A DNA stretch of 64,000 bases from Albugo candida. Lineage: Eukaryota. A model generated the notes under the pieces. That model was not told the DNA's origin and ran no database searches. It saw nothing but the letters and a program-made list of their open reading frames with translations. This document shows positions 1 through 12,422 of this stretch, one piece after another (positions within the stretch are counted from its first letter, which is position 1; each line of letters starts with the position of its first letter). A program made the translations under genes and the position numbers. The stretch lies in the NCBI GenBank assembly GCA_040437565.1, contig JBDOQK010000047.1:62001-126000 (forward strand). The letters run 5' to 3'.

Positions 1-886
1 AAACCTGTACAGGATATTTGAAGCATTCGGGAGTCAGTTCTGTGGGAAATGTCTGTCTCTGTTGCGTTATTCCGACCACTTCGTTGTGAGCTCCAGCAGC
101 GATTCGAATTTGATAGTACACATCGACTAATTTACCGCCAAACGAGAGGCAAACTCGAGCGTATCCGTCCAGAGACTCCATTTCAAATCGCTGCGAGGCT
201 TCATTATAAAATGAGGCNNNNNNNNNNNNNNNNNNNNNNNNNNNNNNNNNNNNNNNNNNNNNNNNNNNNNNNNNNNNNNNNNNNNNNNNNNNNNNNNNNN
301 NNNNNNNNNNNNNNNNNTTGAAGCATTCGGGAGTCAGTTCTGTGGGAAATGTCTGTCTCTGTTGCGTTATTCCGACCACTTCGTTGTGAGCTCCAGCAGC
401 GATTCGAATTTGATAGTACACATCGACTAATTTACCGCCAAACGAGAGGCAAACTCGAGCGTATCCGTCCAGAGACTCCATTTCAAATCGCTGCGAGGCT
501 TCATTATAAAATGAGGCGTTTGACGCTTGGATCAGTTTGAGATTTGGCCAACGAGCTCTGAGTGATTTGGAACGTTTGCATTCAAAATACGAGTCGCGGA
601 TGTTTCGTTTCTGTTGCTGTGTTATGGTCGCAAGATGGCAAAACGGAGCAGTACTTGTTCCAGTTGCCACTACAAATCGGTTTCTTAGGCATAGAGTTTT
701 TTCTAAGAAAACAGCGTGGGCCGATAATAATGTGCTTGTAAAATGGTGGCAGATTTTCCCGTCAGGGTGTAGTATGGAGTATTTGTGACCAGATGAGCTC
801 ACATAGAAATCACAAATCCCTTTCTGATCTGCAAAGCGCGCAAGAATTGATGCATCCTCAAGTATCAGACAGTGGTATGGCTCCAT
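1..886 (-). CDS. C5orf34-like (DUF4524) protein, 5' part; runs off the window and is interrupted by a gap with duplicated flanks
   Basis: Not in the ORF track. Manual translation from ATG 886 gives MEPYHCLILEDASILARF...LCLRNRF...RARWPNL...MESLDGYARVCL...TPECFKYPVQV, matching recalled C5orf34 motifs (RWP, SLDGHAYLCL, CPEEWKYPL) in order. An upstream exon (956-1144) is possible. Confidence 0.7.
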   Translation of the reverse strand, partial: MEPYHCLILEDASILARFADQKGICDFYVSSSGHKYSILHPDGKICHHFTSTLLSAHAVFLEKTLCLRNRFVVATGTSTAPFCHLATITQQQKRNIRDSYFECKRSKSLRARWPNLKLIQASNASFYNEASQRFEMESLDGYARVCLSFGGKLVDVYYQIRIAAGAHNEVVGITQQRQTFPTELTPECFXXXXXXXXXXXXXXXXXXXXXXXXXXXXXXXXXXASFYNEASQRFEMESLDGYARVCLSFGGKLVDVYYQIRIAAGAHNEVVGITQQRQTFPTELTPECFKYPVQV

Positions 887-1610
887 TGCTTTAAGGTAGG
901 ACAAGAAGTACCGCTAAAAGTGAGTGGATAGGACCTCTCAATGCCACTCGTATACTATCATCGATGACAGCTTGTAAAATGGGTATAAGAAGGGTACTTT
1001 GCCCAGGAAATTTGGTCGCATGTGCATAGGAACTCGAGGAGAGTTTCGAGCCAAACGTGCGAGCATCTGGTATGTCCTTTTACCAGCATCGTACTTGAAG
1101 TAGAAAACATCGGGTTTTAGAAAGCATGTGGGATTCTCCGTCATCGTCTATCTGCCAGATGTGAGACGCACGTGTTGATCGGAAGAGATGGCAACTATCC
1201 ATCGAGTCAATTGTGATAACATGAAGCAATAGTGACAATGAAATGCTACAGCTCGCCTAAATCTCAAGCTCGAGATCTTGAAAAGTATGACTTTGAAATA
1301 ATATTTCCTCTGCATGTACGCATCACGCATATGTTTCGCCATTACGTGTAAATAATTAATATCTCAAGTCGCCAATGTGCATACGACTCGACAGACTAAC
1401 GCAAACCTATGTAACGTCTGTCTCCTCTTCGTCTCTGTCATTACGCTGTCGGCTGCTTCGTGATGGAAAGACCATTCCAAATTCTCGAAAATTTTGCATC
1501 ATTTCAATAGAGTCCAAACAAACTGACTGGTAATTAGACAGTGTGCTCGTTGTTTCGTTACGAAGGCACCACAATCAAAAAATCAAGGAATCAGAAAATT
1601 CGTGAGAAGA

Positions 1611-2105
1611 ATGGGTTTGGAAAGCAATCAAATTACTCTGAACGCCATGCATACGACTGTTGTGACAACACGAAAAGATGGAAGTCACACGGATTATGCC
1701 ATTCGAGTTGTATCGAAACGTTCCGGTAAAGAAGAAATTGTCTATCGTCGATTTTCCGCATTCTTACAACTTCAGCAACTTGCTCAACGACTTTTTCATG
1801 AAAAGCGATTCTGCTGTGGTAGCGATGGGAATTGTCTGTTAGTCACGTACTTGGAGGCCATCTTTTATACGATGCAGTTTCCAAAACTACAAGGCACAGT
1901 GTTGGGAAAGAACTCTAAACATGTCGTTCGTGATCGCATTTTTCTACTTAATACATTCTTACTACAGCTGGAAACAGCTCTGAACAAAATCCCACCAGTG
2001 ACAATGGATCAATGTGAAAAGCAGCGATGCAAATTGGTCAAATTGATCAAAAGCTTTTACGGATGTCTTGAAACAAATCGCAAAGAGCACGCCAACTCAC
2101 TATAG
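1611..2105 (+). CDS. PX (phox homology)-like domain protein
   Basis: HTDYAIRV...VYRRFSAFLQL...FPKL...VRDRIFLLNTFL pattern; single exon. Confidence 0.75.
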   Translation: MGLESNQITLNAMHTTVVTTRKDGSHTDYAIRVVSKRSGKEEIVYRRFSAFLQLQQLAQRLFHEKRFCCGSDGNCLLVTYLEAIFYTMQFPKLQGTVLGKNSKHVVRDRIFLLNTFLLQLETALNKIPPVTMDQCEKQRCKLVKLIKSFYGCLETNRKEHANSL

Positions 2106-2323
2106 AAACAAGCACACTGCTTATTATCAGCAGCCGATGACGAGTTTTGTCGATTTTGTAAATCAGCGAGACAAACGCATAAAAAAACTTTTGATTTTGG
2201 CCAAAGTATTAAGTACAGCGCACTGTAAAGCTCGAAATAAAGATCATATTCATTATCGCTTGCTATTCTTCTAATCTCACGAGTCGTGTTCGTGACCGTC
2301 TCTTTATATCTGAGAGAAGGAGA

Positions 2324-2805
2324 ATGATGGAAGTGAGCCAATCAGTCAAAGACGCTGATCACTGGAATCAAATTCTGGCAATATCGGAGCAGAAATTAGT
2401 CGTCGTCGATCTACATAGAAGCTGGTGTGGTCCGTGTAAGATCATGGAACCAACGTATAAAAGACTGATTGCAGAGATAGAGAATGCCCAAGAGCGTTTA
2501 TTGTTTGTTTCGGTAAAGCGCTGTGATTGATAATGTTACTCTGATGCAGTGATCTCGGATATTCTTGTAGCTCGATCAAAGTATGCTCTTGATTGAAACC
2601 GAAAACACTCCGAGTTGCAAGCCGAGGTTTCTGCTTTTTCGAGTAATCGTTTGTGTAGTTGCATTAGATCGTTGGCGATTTACTTCCATTTGTTTTTCAG
2701 GAGCGCAAACCTATTGTCGAAATTGCAGGGGCCAATGCTCCAAAACTGGATTTTCTTGTACGCCAGCATTGTCCCTCATTGAAAAGCGATGATGAAGACC
2801 CATAG
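2324..2805 (+). CDS. Thioredoxin, resembling dynein light-chain/NME8-type thioredoxins; 3 exons (2324-2512, 2571-2642, 2701-2805)
   Basis: WCGPC active site; GT-AG introns give SCKPRFLLFR|ERKPIVEIAGANAPKL. Confidence 0.85.
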
Positions 2806-2830
2806 TACCTTCCTCGGACGTATCGAAATG

Positions 2831-4033
2831 CTACACAAGCCTCGCAATGGGAACTGGAACCGTACTTGCATATTTCGATGCGTTGGGGTCGTCAGTATAC
2901 GCGAAAGAGGCATTTCCAGAAGTTCCCAACTTGCAGCGTTTGCATCGATCTCGATAGGAGAAATTCTAAATGGTTCATATTGTTTGCTGATTACAATCTA
3001 AGCCAGAAAATATTCAGGCGATAATGCTTCTTACATGATTGCCACAAACGCTGCATTTCCAGTCGCCCTGCGTACCAATTGTTCATGTTTACCACATCAT
3101 TGCGGAGAAACTGCATCGATTGACTTACCGGCCACCATTCCATATGAGGTGCAATCTTGAAATTGTTCTCAACAATTAGCGAGCTTGTGTCTTTCATATG
3201 AGTGATATCTAATTCCGAGTCTGTTTTGGCGAAGGGCTGAAAGTGTCTAACAAGAAAGATGATATTTCCAATATCATAGCCAATTTTAAAAAGACAAAGA
3301 CATGCCTAGCACTAGCTCGCAGTTTGGATGCCGACTGGGAACAGAGACTGGGAAATAATGAGTTGACAGGCAAAGCATAAAATCTACGAGCCGACATCTT
3401 TGTTCCTGAATTGCTGATAGATTCGGAAATTTCTGTCTCAATCTCTTCATCAGTTTCTTCACAAGTGCCTTGGTTGGACAAATTCTCGCTCAGTTGAAAT
3501 TTCGTATCGTTCACGTCGTTGAAAAACTCTTCCACCCATAAGGAATCGAACTGCGCATTTATCGAATCATTCCAGGTAAGAGAGCTCGAGGATGAAATCG
3601 GAGATTCCGTAGATGAAATCTCCTCGTCCGCTGCTGTCCATATTGGCGCGTTTGCATCCATACAAAGCTCTACGGATCCCCATGCATCGCAGACAGCTTC
3701 ATATAACGTCTTTCTCGGTTCGATAAAGCCATAGTTACTGCTTTCTGGTGTCGCGTTTCTGTGCATAGACTGATAAACGATTCTTTTGACTATAGGCTCA
3801 AAGCTGCATGTCTCGAAATATGGCGTTTTCATTGATTGAGAGAATTGATCGTGTCGAGTCTCAACTTTTTGCGCTTGAAAAGATGAAAAATAAGTATTTT
3901 GCGGGGTCTGAAGCAATAAAGGCAACATCAATGGAGACGAAAGGGGCAACGGAGGAGTGCCAGGAAGCGGTGGCTGTCTCGGCAATGGAGGCGGCGGATA
4001 AGGCGGTAGCGGCGGATTATATTTCGAAATCAT
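2831..4033 (-). CDS. Pro-rich protein with C-terminal RanBP2-type zinc finger; exons 4033-3306, 3246-3129, 3067-3035, 2965-2831
   Basis: Splicing reconstructs WWP|GDWKCSVCGNH|NFSYRDRCKRCK, a canonical RanBP2 finger. The first intron boundary is less certain (GC donor). Confidence 0.75.
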
Positions 4034-4340
4034 GGTTGAATAGCAAAATGAACTGCAACGAACGATTACGTCCGATGCAGAAGGTTAAACTCAAAGTGAT
4101 CGGTGGAGAGGAATTTGTAGTGCGGGAAAGTGTTTCTTTGGCAATGTGCTTTCCATATCGATACCCTTTTTATTCACTGGAAAGAAAATGCGCTCCCTTC
4201 TTCCTTCGACGCACAGTATCAAATTCAAGTCGACCATCATTTCGCATCGACGGAAGTGGCATCCATGGGATCATCACTCTAAGTTTGACTTAAGTGCAAA
4301 AACAAGGTAAGCTCTATATGTGAATGGCTATTCCTTAAAA

Positions 4341-6476
4341 ATGCGCTCAATGATCCGTGCAAAATGGCAACCTTTTATGAGAAGTAACGTATCGGCGATG
4401 CTGCAAGGGCGAAATGATTGTATAAAGAGTCAGACGGTCTTGTGCTATCATACATTAAAGAAAAAGAGCTGGCATGAAACTGAAATATTAAAAGGAAAAA
4501 TTCTCGAGATAGAAAGCACAACCGAGTCATCTTTAGATGCATTTAAACATTTAAGATGTCTCGGTATATCACTCGGAACCCGTTATTACGCCATTTTACT
4601 TGCAAAACTGCAGGCAGAATCAGACTACTCGCAGATAAAGCGCGTTTTGCAAGAGAAAAGAAACGATAAGCGGAACTATGAGTGTTTGACTCACAACACG
4701 TACAAAATTGATTTTCTTCAATTGTGTCGCTTTCGTATGCTTCTTAACCTGCACGAAGAAGACTTAAATGAGGTCCAAAATTGCTTTGAGACCTGTCTCC
4801 GCGGAAGGCACAACAAACTGGGAATCTATGAGGAAGACCCGTACAATTTATTGCTTCGATTAGAGTGTTTTTTCCCATTTCCGTCAGAAAAACTCGACAG
4901 TATTTTCATCAGAATCAAGCAGATTTTGTCGATAATGGATCGAAATGAACAAAGAATCTCATTTTCGGCATCACACACGCTGGCCCGTTTCATTATCGGA
5001 CAGCCAAAAAGTAGTTTGGAAGAGTTTGAGGTTACACGAACGCGCGAAAGCGATACAGAAGGTCCCTTATGTGCCGGCGTCGTCATTAAAGAGCTCTTTT
5101 CAAGATATCCGTCCGTATTCGAGGATACATCGTGGCTTGTCTCGCAACTGATTAGTGACGCTGCTTGTGCAAGCGACCTTGAGTCGTGTCTTGTGCTGGT
5201 AAAATATGCTCAAGAATTCAATATTCCCATTTCCGAATCTATTTTCGGTCATCTATTACGTCTTACGCAAATGGACGGCTCAGTTGTTGACAAATTGTAC
5301 ATTGATTTCAAGTCCAGAGATGCTGTATGTCCAGTCCGAAGCGAGCCCGGAAGACCAGGACAAAGGCTGTTGCACTGTGCTGTTAGTGATCGAGATTTTT
5401 ATCGCATTATGGTTTTGCTACATGAGATGGAGCATTATAAAGTTGAAGCTCATGCGAGAACCCTCATCACTTTGCTGAAAGCCGTATCTGCACATCGGCA
5501 AGAATGTCACGATGCCAAGCACGCAGCTGGTTCGGAAATAGAGATTGAGCCTGGCTGTCCGTCTATCTTGGAGCTGTTCCAGATGTTCCCATTCGTTTTT
5601 GGCGACTCTCTCGAAGCTGCTGTTCACGGTATCCGGCTCAGTGCAATGGCCAAAGAGTATGATGGAGCGCTAAAGATTCTTCGATCACGAATTTGGACAC
5701 GCGACATGCAATTTCCGAAAATCCTTTTCGCCTCCTTTCTATATATAAGTATGCGTACAGATCGTATTTCTGGTGAAATGGTGAGTGATGTTCATCCACG
5801 AGAATCCATTTTGGTTGAAGTTGAACAACTTTACGAGCTTCAACATGGCAAATCGAGATATCCTCTTTATGGGCTCATCGCACGGCATTGTGAGTATCGC
5901 GATGATTTCGAGACTTTTCTCCAGTTTTTGGACCGATGGCAGCAAAGTACACCTAGTGACCAACCACCAGCACTCTCGCCTAAAGCATCGAAGCGTGCCT
6001 TGCGGTACTTTACAAGGCAACTGTACAAGTTAAGAGAAACAGCAGACGAACGACACGATATCCGGCTAGAAGATGAAGAAGTTATCATTACATTCCTCAA
6101 GCGCTATGATCGAGTTTTTGTGTGGAATCGTCGAAATCTATCCGATTTACTTCTGATGAGTGATTCACTGGGATACCGTCATGGAGTTTTGTCGATATTT
6201 GACGCCTCAGTATCGACCGATCTGGTATTATCTCTTCCTGCAAATGCAACCGTTCTGAAAACTTTGCTCGCTCTGGAAAGTCAAAAGAAAAAAAGTGGAG
6301 ACCTCAAGGACAACGCTAACGCTTATACGTCCCGAATTAGTGATGCAATTGCATGGATGGAAAAACATGGACAACTCGATGAAGTACTTCAACTAGATCC
6401 GAGTTTCACTCCAGTCAAAGCACGCCTGAATGCTATTCACGCATTAGAAAATCAGAAAGTACACGAAGCCGACTGA
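4341..6476 (+). CDS. Helical-repeat protein with degenerate PPR-like motifs, possibly mitochondrial
   Basis: About 711-aa ORF; basic N-terminus; LLHEMEHYKVEAHARTLITLLKA resembles the PPR consensus. Confidence 0.55.
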   Translation: MRSMIRAKWQPFMRSNVSAMLQGRNDCIKSQTVLCYHTLKKKSWHETEILKGKILEIESTTESSLDAFKHLRCLGISLGTRYYAILLAKLQAESDYSQIKRVLQEKRNDKRNYECLTHNTYKIDFLQLCRFRMLLNLHEEDLNEVQNCFETCLRGRHNKLGIYEEDPYNLLLRLECFFPFPSEKLDSIFIRIKQILSIMDRNEQRISFSASHTLARFIIGQPKSSLEEFEVTRTRESDTEGPLCAGVVIKELFSRYPSVFEDTSWLVSQLISDAACASDLESCLVLVKYAQEFNIPISESIFGHLLRLTQMDGSVVDKLYIDFKSRDAVCPVRSEPGRPGQRLLHCAVSDRDFYRIMVLLHEMEHYKVEAHARTLITLLKAVSAHRQECHDAKHAAGSEIEIEPGCPSILELFQMFPFVFGDSLEAAVHGIRLSAMAKEYDGALKILRSRIWTRDMQFPKILFASFLYISMRTDRISGEMVSDVHPRESILVEVEQLYELQHGKSRYPLYGLIARHCEYRDDFETFLQFLDRWQQSTPSDQPPALSPKASKRALRYFTRQLYKLRETADERHDIRLEDEEVIITFLKRYDRVFVWNRRNLSDLLLMSDSLGYRHGVLSIFDASVSTDLVLSLPANATVLKTLLALESQKKKSGDLKDNANAYTSRISDAIAWMEKHGQLDEVLQLDPSFTPVKARLNAIHALENQKVHEAD

Positions 6477-6860
6477 ATTCCTCGACAGGATCAGTCGAAT
6501 CACAGTAAGGAGAGGTCAGAATCGAGTCACGGCACTCGCAATAATATTATCAGTGCTTCGTGTGACGTCTGAGCACAATAGAATCAAAGTATAATCCTTT
6601 CGCTTCTTTCAATACATTTGATGCCTTTGTTCTTTCTATACAGATACGGATCGATTACATCGAATGTAAATATTTTTTCAAGAGCTTAGGGCGTGTTGTA
6701 CTCACTCTAAAAGTCATTACATTCAGTCAGGCTATCGGAATGACTTGAGACTTGTCGAGCTCCAACCTATTCGCAAGGAGCATCGGCTTTTGCATTACGA
6801 CACACATTCTGTCGTCATCGGATCAGCTTTGGCAATCTGGTGTGGACAACACTATCCAAG

Positions 6861-7996
6861 ATGGTTTTGATGCTGGGAACTTGTGTGCTCTTTCATAGCC
6901 ATCTCGTTGCTATATTTGAAGCCCAAGCACTCGATAGATTTGCGCACAGACTATTGCCAATATCATCGCTTCAATCTAATCCCAATCGTACGGAAATTCA
7001 TTCCTGGCCATCACACGCTTTTTGGTCAAATGATTGGGACACTTACTGGGAATATTATATGGGAAAATCAGAACCTGAAAGAAATCATCCGATCGTTTTG
7101 TACTTTACAAATAAATCAGAAAATATTTTCGGTAATACAAAATTTGAAGAAAAAACGTCAACATGGCTAAATGTGCTCGCTGCGCTTCACAAAGAGTTTT
7201 CAAGAGGCCCAGAAACCCATCAACTTGCAATGAATGTTCCCGTAATAATCGTAAGCGAATCAAAACCGCGAATTCATGTACGTGAAAGTGATATTTCTCC
7301 TAATATCCAGTCTCCTTCATCCATTATCAGCATTCTGTTAGGTCTGTGCCGTCTTTATTATGGCTGGAACCACGACACTCTTCATTGTTCAATCGACTCG
7401 CCTCTCCTTCAACTCAAAATACTTTGTACTTGACAGAAGACGTGACTTTGGATTCCAAGGTTTTACATCAACGAATCCAAGATTTTTTCACGAGCAATTG
7501 GCAACTTCATATTCGCGAACCAATCGAAAACCCTGACTCACAATCCGATGATAGCATTTCAATTTTCGATGTACTCTCTGCGGTAAGTATGATTGGATTC
7601 ATACTTCGAGCGCTATACGATTATCGAACATCAATCATTCAGCTTATTGGTCGAAGATCGTCTTGGTTTGTTGGCAGCGTGCTCGTACTTCAATTTGCAT
7701 TATGTGGCGTAGTGCACTCCGTTTTGCATCGTTCCCCGTTATTCTTCTTCCATCCACAATTTGGCTTATTTTTGATCCATCCCAGCGCCAGAAAACAATT
7801 TTGGTTTGAAGGGCTTTTCTTTGGAAGCTCCAGTTTGCTCGTGTCGATTGCGGCGTTATCGATAAGCTACGCTATGCCTCTTGTGAAGGACGAGACACGT
7901 ACCCATGAGCTTCTTAGGCTTGCAATCTTCACGATCGGCACTGTCTATGCGTTGACCTACGCTACCTTTGCTTTAAAGTATCGATGGCTTTCCTGA
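6861..7996 (+). CDS. OST3/OST6-family oligosaccharyltransferase subunit-like membrane protein (intron about 7278-7330)
   Basis: Signal peptide, luminal domain, 4 C-terminal hydrophobic segments with IHPSARKQFWFEG and terminal FALKY. Confidence 0.7.
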
Positions 7997-8369
7997 TCAT
8001 GGTTCTGGAATAGCGTTTGCACATGAAATCGTTNNNNNNNNNNNNNNNNNNNNNNNNNNNNNNNNNNNNNNNNNNNNNNNNNNNNNNNNNNNNNNNNNNN
8101 NNNNNNNNNNNNNNNNNNNNNNNNNNNNNNNNNCGTTTGCACATGAAATCAAGCATTTCTAGATTTTTTCTATTCAATATAATTGGCTAAAATATATCCT
8201 GCTCACTTAAGTAAAGAGTCGTTTTCTTCAGCGACGCAAAGCAGCGGAAACACTTTTTGTCACGAGAATTTTCGGCCACTCGACGTTGCTTATCGCTCTG
8301 CACACGCACTGTAATCCTCTCCTTTCTCATCCGTACCATTAAGAATTCCTGAGGCTCGATTGCTGGTGA

Positions 8370-11300
8370 ATGACGGTAACAGCCAAACCGAAAGTGAAGT
8401 TCACTACTCGAAATCTGAATGTTTTGTATAAAGCGCCAAACACCAGCGGTCATGACGTAAATGGTATGAAATGTGATCCTATTTGTAATTTATGATTTTA
8501 CGATTATTGAACCTTTTGTGTGCAAAGGATCTTTTCAAACTAATCGAATGCTTTTGTCCAGCAAAGCGACCAGAAACAGCATGAGAATGACTGCAAAATC
8601 ACATGCTGTAGCTGCTCCTGCTCCCATCAATACACCGAGTTTGCGGAAAGAAAACCAAAAGAAGGATGGAAATCTGAGTAACCCTTCCAGCGGGCATGTA
8701 GGATGGGGTGTCAAGTCAGGCAAGGAGGAGGTCAGCTTGGATGGGGAAAAGGAGATTCATGCAGAGAGGAATGGCTCATACCAGCAATGCAATGGGAGGA
8801 TATCGTCAATGAGTACTGTGATACCAAATGCGAATAAATCGTGGAATGATCTGGATGGCTCTCCTATACAGCAGAAGATTCAACGAGAAGAGATTAGTAG
8901 TCGAAGTACACAGTCAGTGCAAAGCGAATCCTCGTTCAGTCCAACACTTTGTAAGCAGATGTCTATAATGAATATTACCAATTGGTGTGATGATCCATTT
9001 GAAGAAGAAACAGCGCGTTTTAGACCGCAGGTGGACAAGGTCACGGAATCTTTCGACGGAAAAAAGAGAACGACTGGGACCAGTGATTTGCATGAAGAAG
9101 CTAACCATACTGCTAGCAGAGACGACACTTTGATCTCAGACCGTGCGCAACAAACGGGAAGCATAAGCTCAGATTCGAGAAATGAGACTCGACAATATCC
9201 TGGCTCGAGTACAACGCCGTGGCGCAATAACCAGCTCAGCGAGAGTGCGTTTGATTCGAATGATGGCATCCCCCCACGACCCCTTCGGCAGCACGGAAGT
9301 GGTCATTTGGAGGGAAGTTTGGTTCGGTCTGACGAAGGCAATTCTTTTTGGGCACAAGATCACAGTCATCAACGGATGAACCGGCATCAACCATCGGTAG
9401 AGAACGGAGGTCACATCAACAGACGGAAGGAGTACAATGGACAGAGTCGATATTACCTGGACGTTCCAACTAATGATGGATATTCACGCCAAGACTTGCG
9501 TGAAGATATAATTGATCCACCCGTTTACTGTGCTCCATATGATCATGACGCAGCTGGAGAGGATTCTTCGACGCCTTCAGCCGCATTTGTGACCCCTTCA
9601 TCGACTTTTGAGGATAATTCACCCGACTCTCCCACGGCTTACGTGAAAAGAGTTTATTCTGGCCAGTACTCGGATCGAGATAAAGGAATCTCTCAAAGCG
9701 ACAAGACGTGGCGATCTACTTCCGCTTTTCACTCGTCGAATCCATATGCCAGTCCGTGGACTATTCGTAATGAAAACGGAGAGTATCCGAGACAGCAACA
9801 TTTGAGTCGTCCTCCGCTCAGTGAAACCAACCTCAAGGAAACACAACCACCAAACGGATTTGTCAGTACGACTCATGCCACACGCGCGTTTGGTCCAAAT
9901 ACTGCGACAGCAGAATGTGAGAAGCGTGTTCAGATCTTACGGAGATCGGAGCCGAAAATGCTTTATGACCACAAATCCGGTAGAATGGTCACAGTGGATC
10001 CAAGTGATACAGGACCAAAAGCGGCGATTCAATCGGCCAATCGAAGAGTGAAAACATTATCATATACTCCCAAAACAAGCCAAAAACAGGTCAGTTTGAC
10101 AATGGAACGCGAAATGGATGCGAGAAAAATGGAGAACGACGCTTTACTTGCAAGAAGNNNNNNNNNNNNNNNNNNNNNNNNNNNNNNNNNNNNNNNNNNN
10201 NNNNNNNNNNNNNNNNNNNNNNNNNNNNNNNNNNNNNNNNNNNNNNNNNNNNNNNNNCCGACTCTCCCACGGCTTACGTGAAAAGAGTTTATTCTGGCCA
10301 GTACTCGGATCGAGATAAAGGAATCTCTCAAAGCGACAAGACGTGGCGATCTACTTCCGCTTTTCACTCGTCGAATCCATATGCCAGTCCGTGGACTATT
10401 CGTAATGAAAACGGAGAGTATCCGAGACAGCAACATTTGAGTCGTCCTCCGCTCAGTGAAACCAACCTCAAGGAAACACAACCACCAAACGGATTTGTCA
10501 GTACGACTCATGCCACACGCGCGTTTGGTCCAAATACTGCGACAGCAGAATGTGAGAAGCGTGTTCAGATCTTACGGAGATCGGAGCCGAAAATGCTTTA
10601 TGACCACAAATCCGGTAGAATGGTCACAGTGGATCCAAGTGATACAGGACCAAAAGCGGCGATTCAATCGGCCAATCGAAGAGTGAAAACATTATCATAT
10701 ACTCCCAAAACAAGCCAAAAACAGGTCAGTTTGACAATGGAACGCGAAATGGATGCGAGAAAAATGGAGAACGACGCTTTACTTGCAAGAAGTACGCCAC
10801 GAAGTAGCGTGTCAAAGATTATCGCCTCCGATCATAATTTCAAGGTAGTCAAATCGAAAGCTAAGAAAGCAATCCTCACGTATCGACCTATCTCGAGTGG
10901 CTGCAACATCAGTAAAGCAAGCTCACGTGTTTGTGGTGAAGAGGATGAAGCTTCTGAAGCAGACAAAGAAGGCGTCAATGCGAAAAAATTGACCGTATCA
11001 GAGGAGAAGCACGAGATAGCGAGTCTGCTTCCCAGTGAAGCTGTATATCATAAGAAGAGAGACGACAAAGCAACAGAGCGGAGTGACAAAAGATCAAAAA
11101 GTAAGAAAAGTTTACTGTTCACAAAAGTGCAAGCCACACGCCGAAAAGCGAGGAAATTTGACAAGATGGAAGTTTCTCGTTCTTCGAGTGTACAGGAAAA
11201 GAAACGACGTACCAGAGTCAGCATACAAAGGACCGAGGAATATGGGAATCATGCTCCAGCTTCATTGGAGGCAGTTCGACCCAAAACCCGCTCTGGAATG

Positions 11301-12374
11301 GATGTCGATTTACTGAAGCGCATTCCTGAAGGTGGCGGTGTTGTGGTGCTGACCGACGGACAGCATGGAATCGATCACTCCTTTGAGGGGATTGGGGAGT
11401 TTGAGACTGTCAAATCTCGTCGGACAATACACTTGGAAAGGAAAATGAGGCGGGAAGTCGCATGCAAACCTTCCGGCGGCGGAAGAACGAAGAAAGATGG
11501 AGGCATTGTGGTTAATGTTCGATCCAATTTGACCAGAAGAGTCAAAAGGAAAGGAATTCCTATCTCAGTGCAATCAGAGCCCAAGCAACCAAAGCGTCTT
11601 GGAAGAGAGAATTTAGCCAATGTCGATAGAAACTCAACAACCAGAACGAAACTGAATGAACAAGGAGTTCAGAGAGAAAGTGTGAATACCATACAGAAGA
11701 CAGAGCCTATGAAAAAGGCTGACTCTACAAGCGGCGCACGATCAGAGCAAAAGTCGAAAACGAAGATTGGTAGAAGCAATGAAGAATCCAGTCTTGAAAG
11801 CGTGGATCGTGGCGTTAAATCTGTCGACGTGGAAGGAAATGCTCGGACATCTACAAAAACGAGCCCAGATAAGACAAAAAAAGATCGCTGGAGACAAAAA
11901 GCGGTAAGTTCAACGAGTAGAGACAGTTCGGCAGCGTCCGATCGTCGAGGAAAGGAAGCCCTACAAAAGCGTTACGCGAAGAAAATTGACGTTACTACCA
12001 TAAGGAAAGAAGAGGGAGACCGAAATGATTCGAGGATTTTGCTTCCTAACCCTCAGCTAAAGCACAAGAGCAATCGAGCTGTCTCTCGAAAGCCACCGGT
12101 CGAATCAAAAGATCGACACTCCAAGGACCGACTCTCAAAGGACTGCTCGCACGATGGAATGTCTACAAAAAGCACCACGAAAGCCTCATCCGCTTCCTTC
12201 GCATTAAGCCTTGGAAAAAATGTACCTGAGGATCAGTCATCGGTGAAAAAGGAAACAGTTGGAACACCTCCGCTTACAAAGTTGCAAGCGGGTGCGAGTA
12301 AGCGCGCAGAGAGTCGAAAACGAGCCCCAAACAAACCAATGAAACGCGTCTATGTCGCAAAAAATAAACCCTGA
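8370..12374 (+). CDS. PRRC2/BAT2 (MOS1-like) N-terminal domain protein; intron 8464-8527; gap duplication at 9620-10792
   Basis: Exon 1 KFTTRNLNVLYK, then PAPINTPSLRKEN...GWG (BAT2_N pattern); central GEFETVKSRR motif; long low-complexity body. Confidence 0.75.
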
Positions 12375-12422
12375 AGCATTATGATGAGAATGAATGTATT
12401 TTGCTTGGTACGCTCTGCGGAG

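Noticed and set aside
49..788. Plus-strand ORFs at the window start
   Set aside because: Antisense shadows of the C5orf34-like gene
1145..1150. In-frame TAG between two ORFs as possible stop readthrough
   Set aside because: The fused product has no recognisable homology and no readthrough signal is evident
3808..4293. 161-aa Ala/Glu-rich plus-strand ORF
   Set aside because: Antisense to the Pro-rich exon; its composition is explained by the complementary codons
9620..10792. Apparent tandem duplications around N gaps (also at 19-517, 35174-36511, 41876-42861, 51062-51819, 52505-52962, 58234-58611, 59765-60808)
   Set aside because: Near-identical copies centred on fixed 100-N gaps are unmerged contig overlaps, not real repeats or pseudogenes
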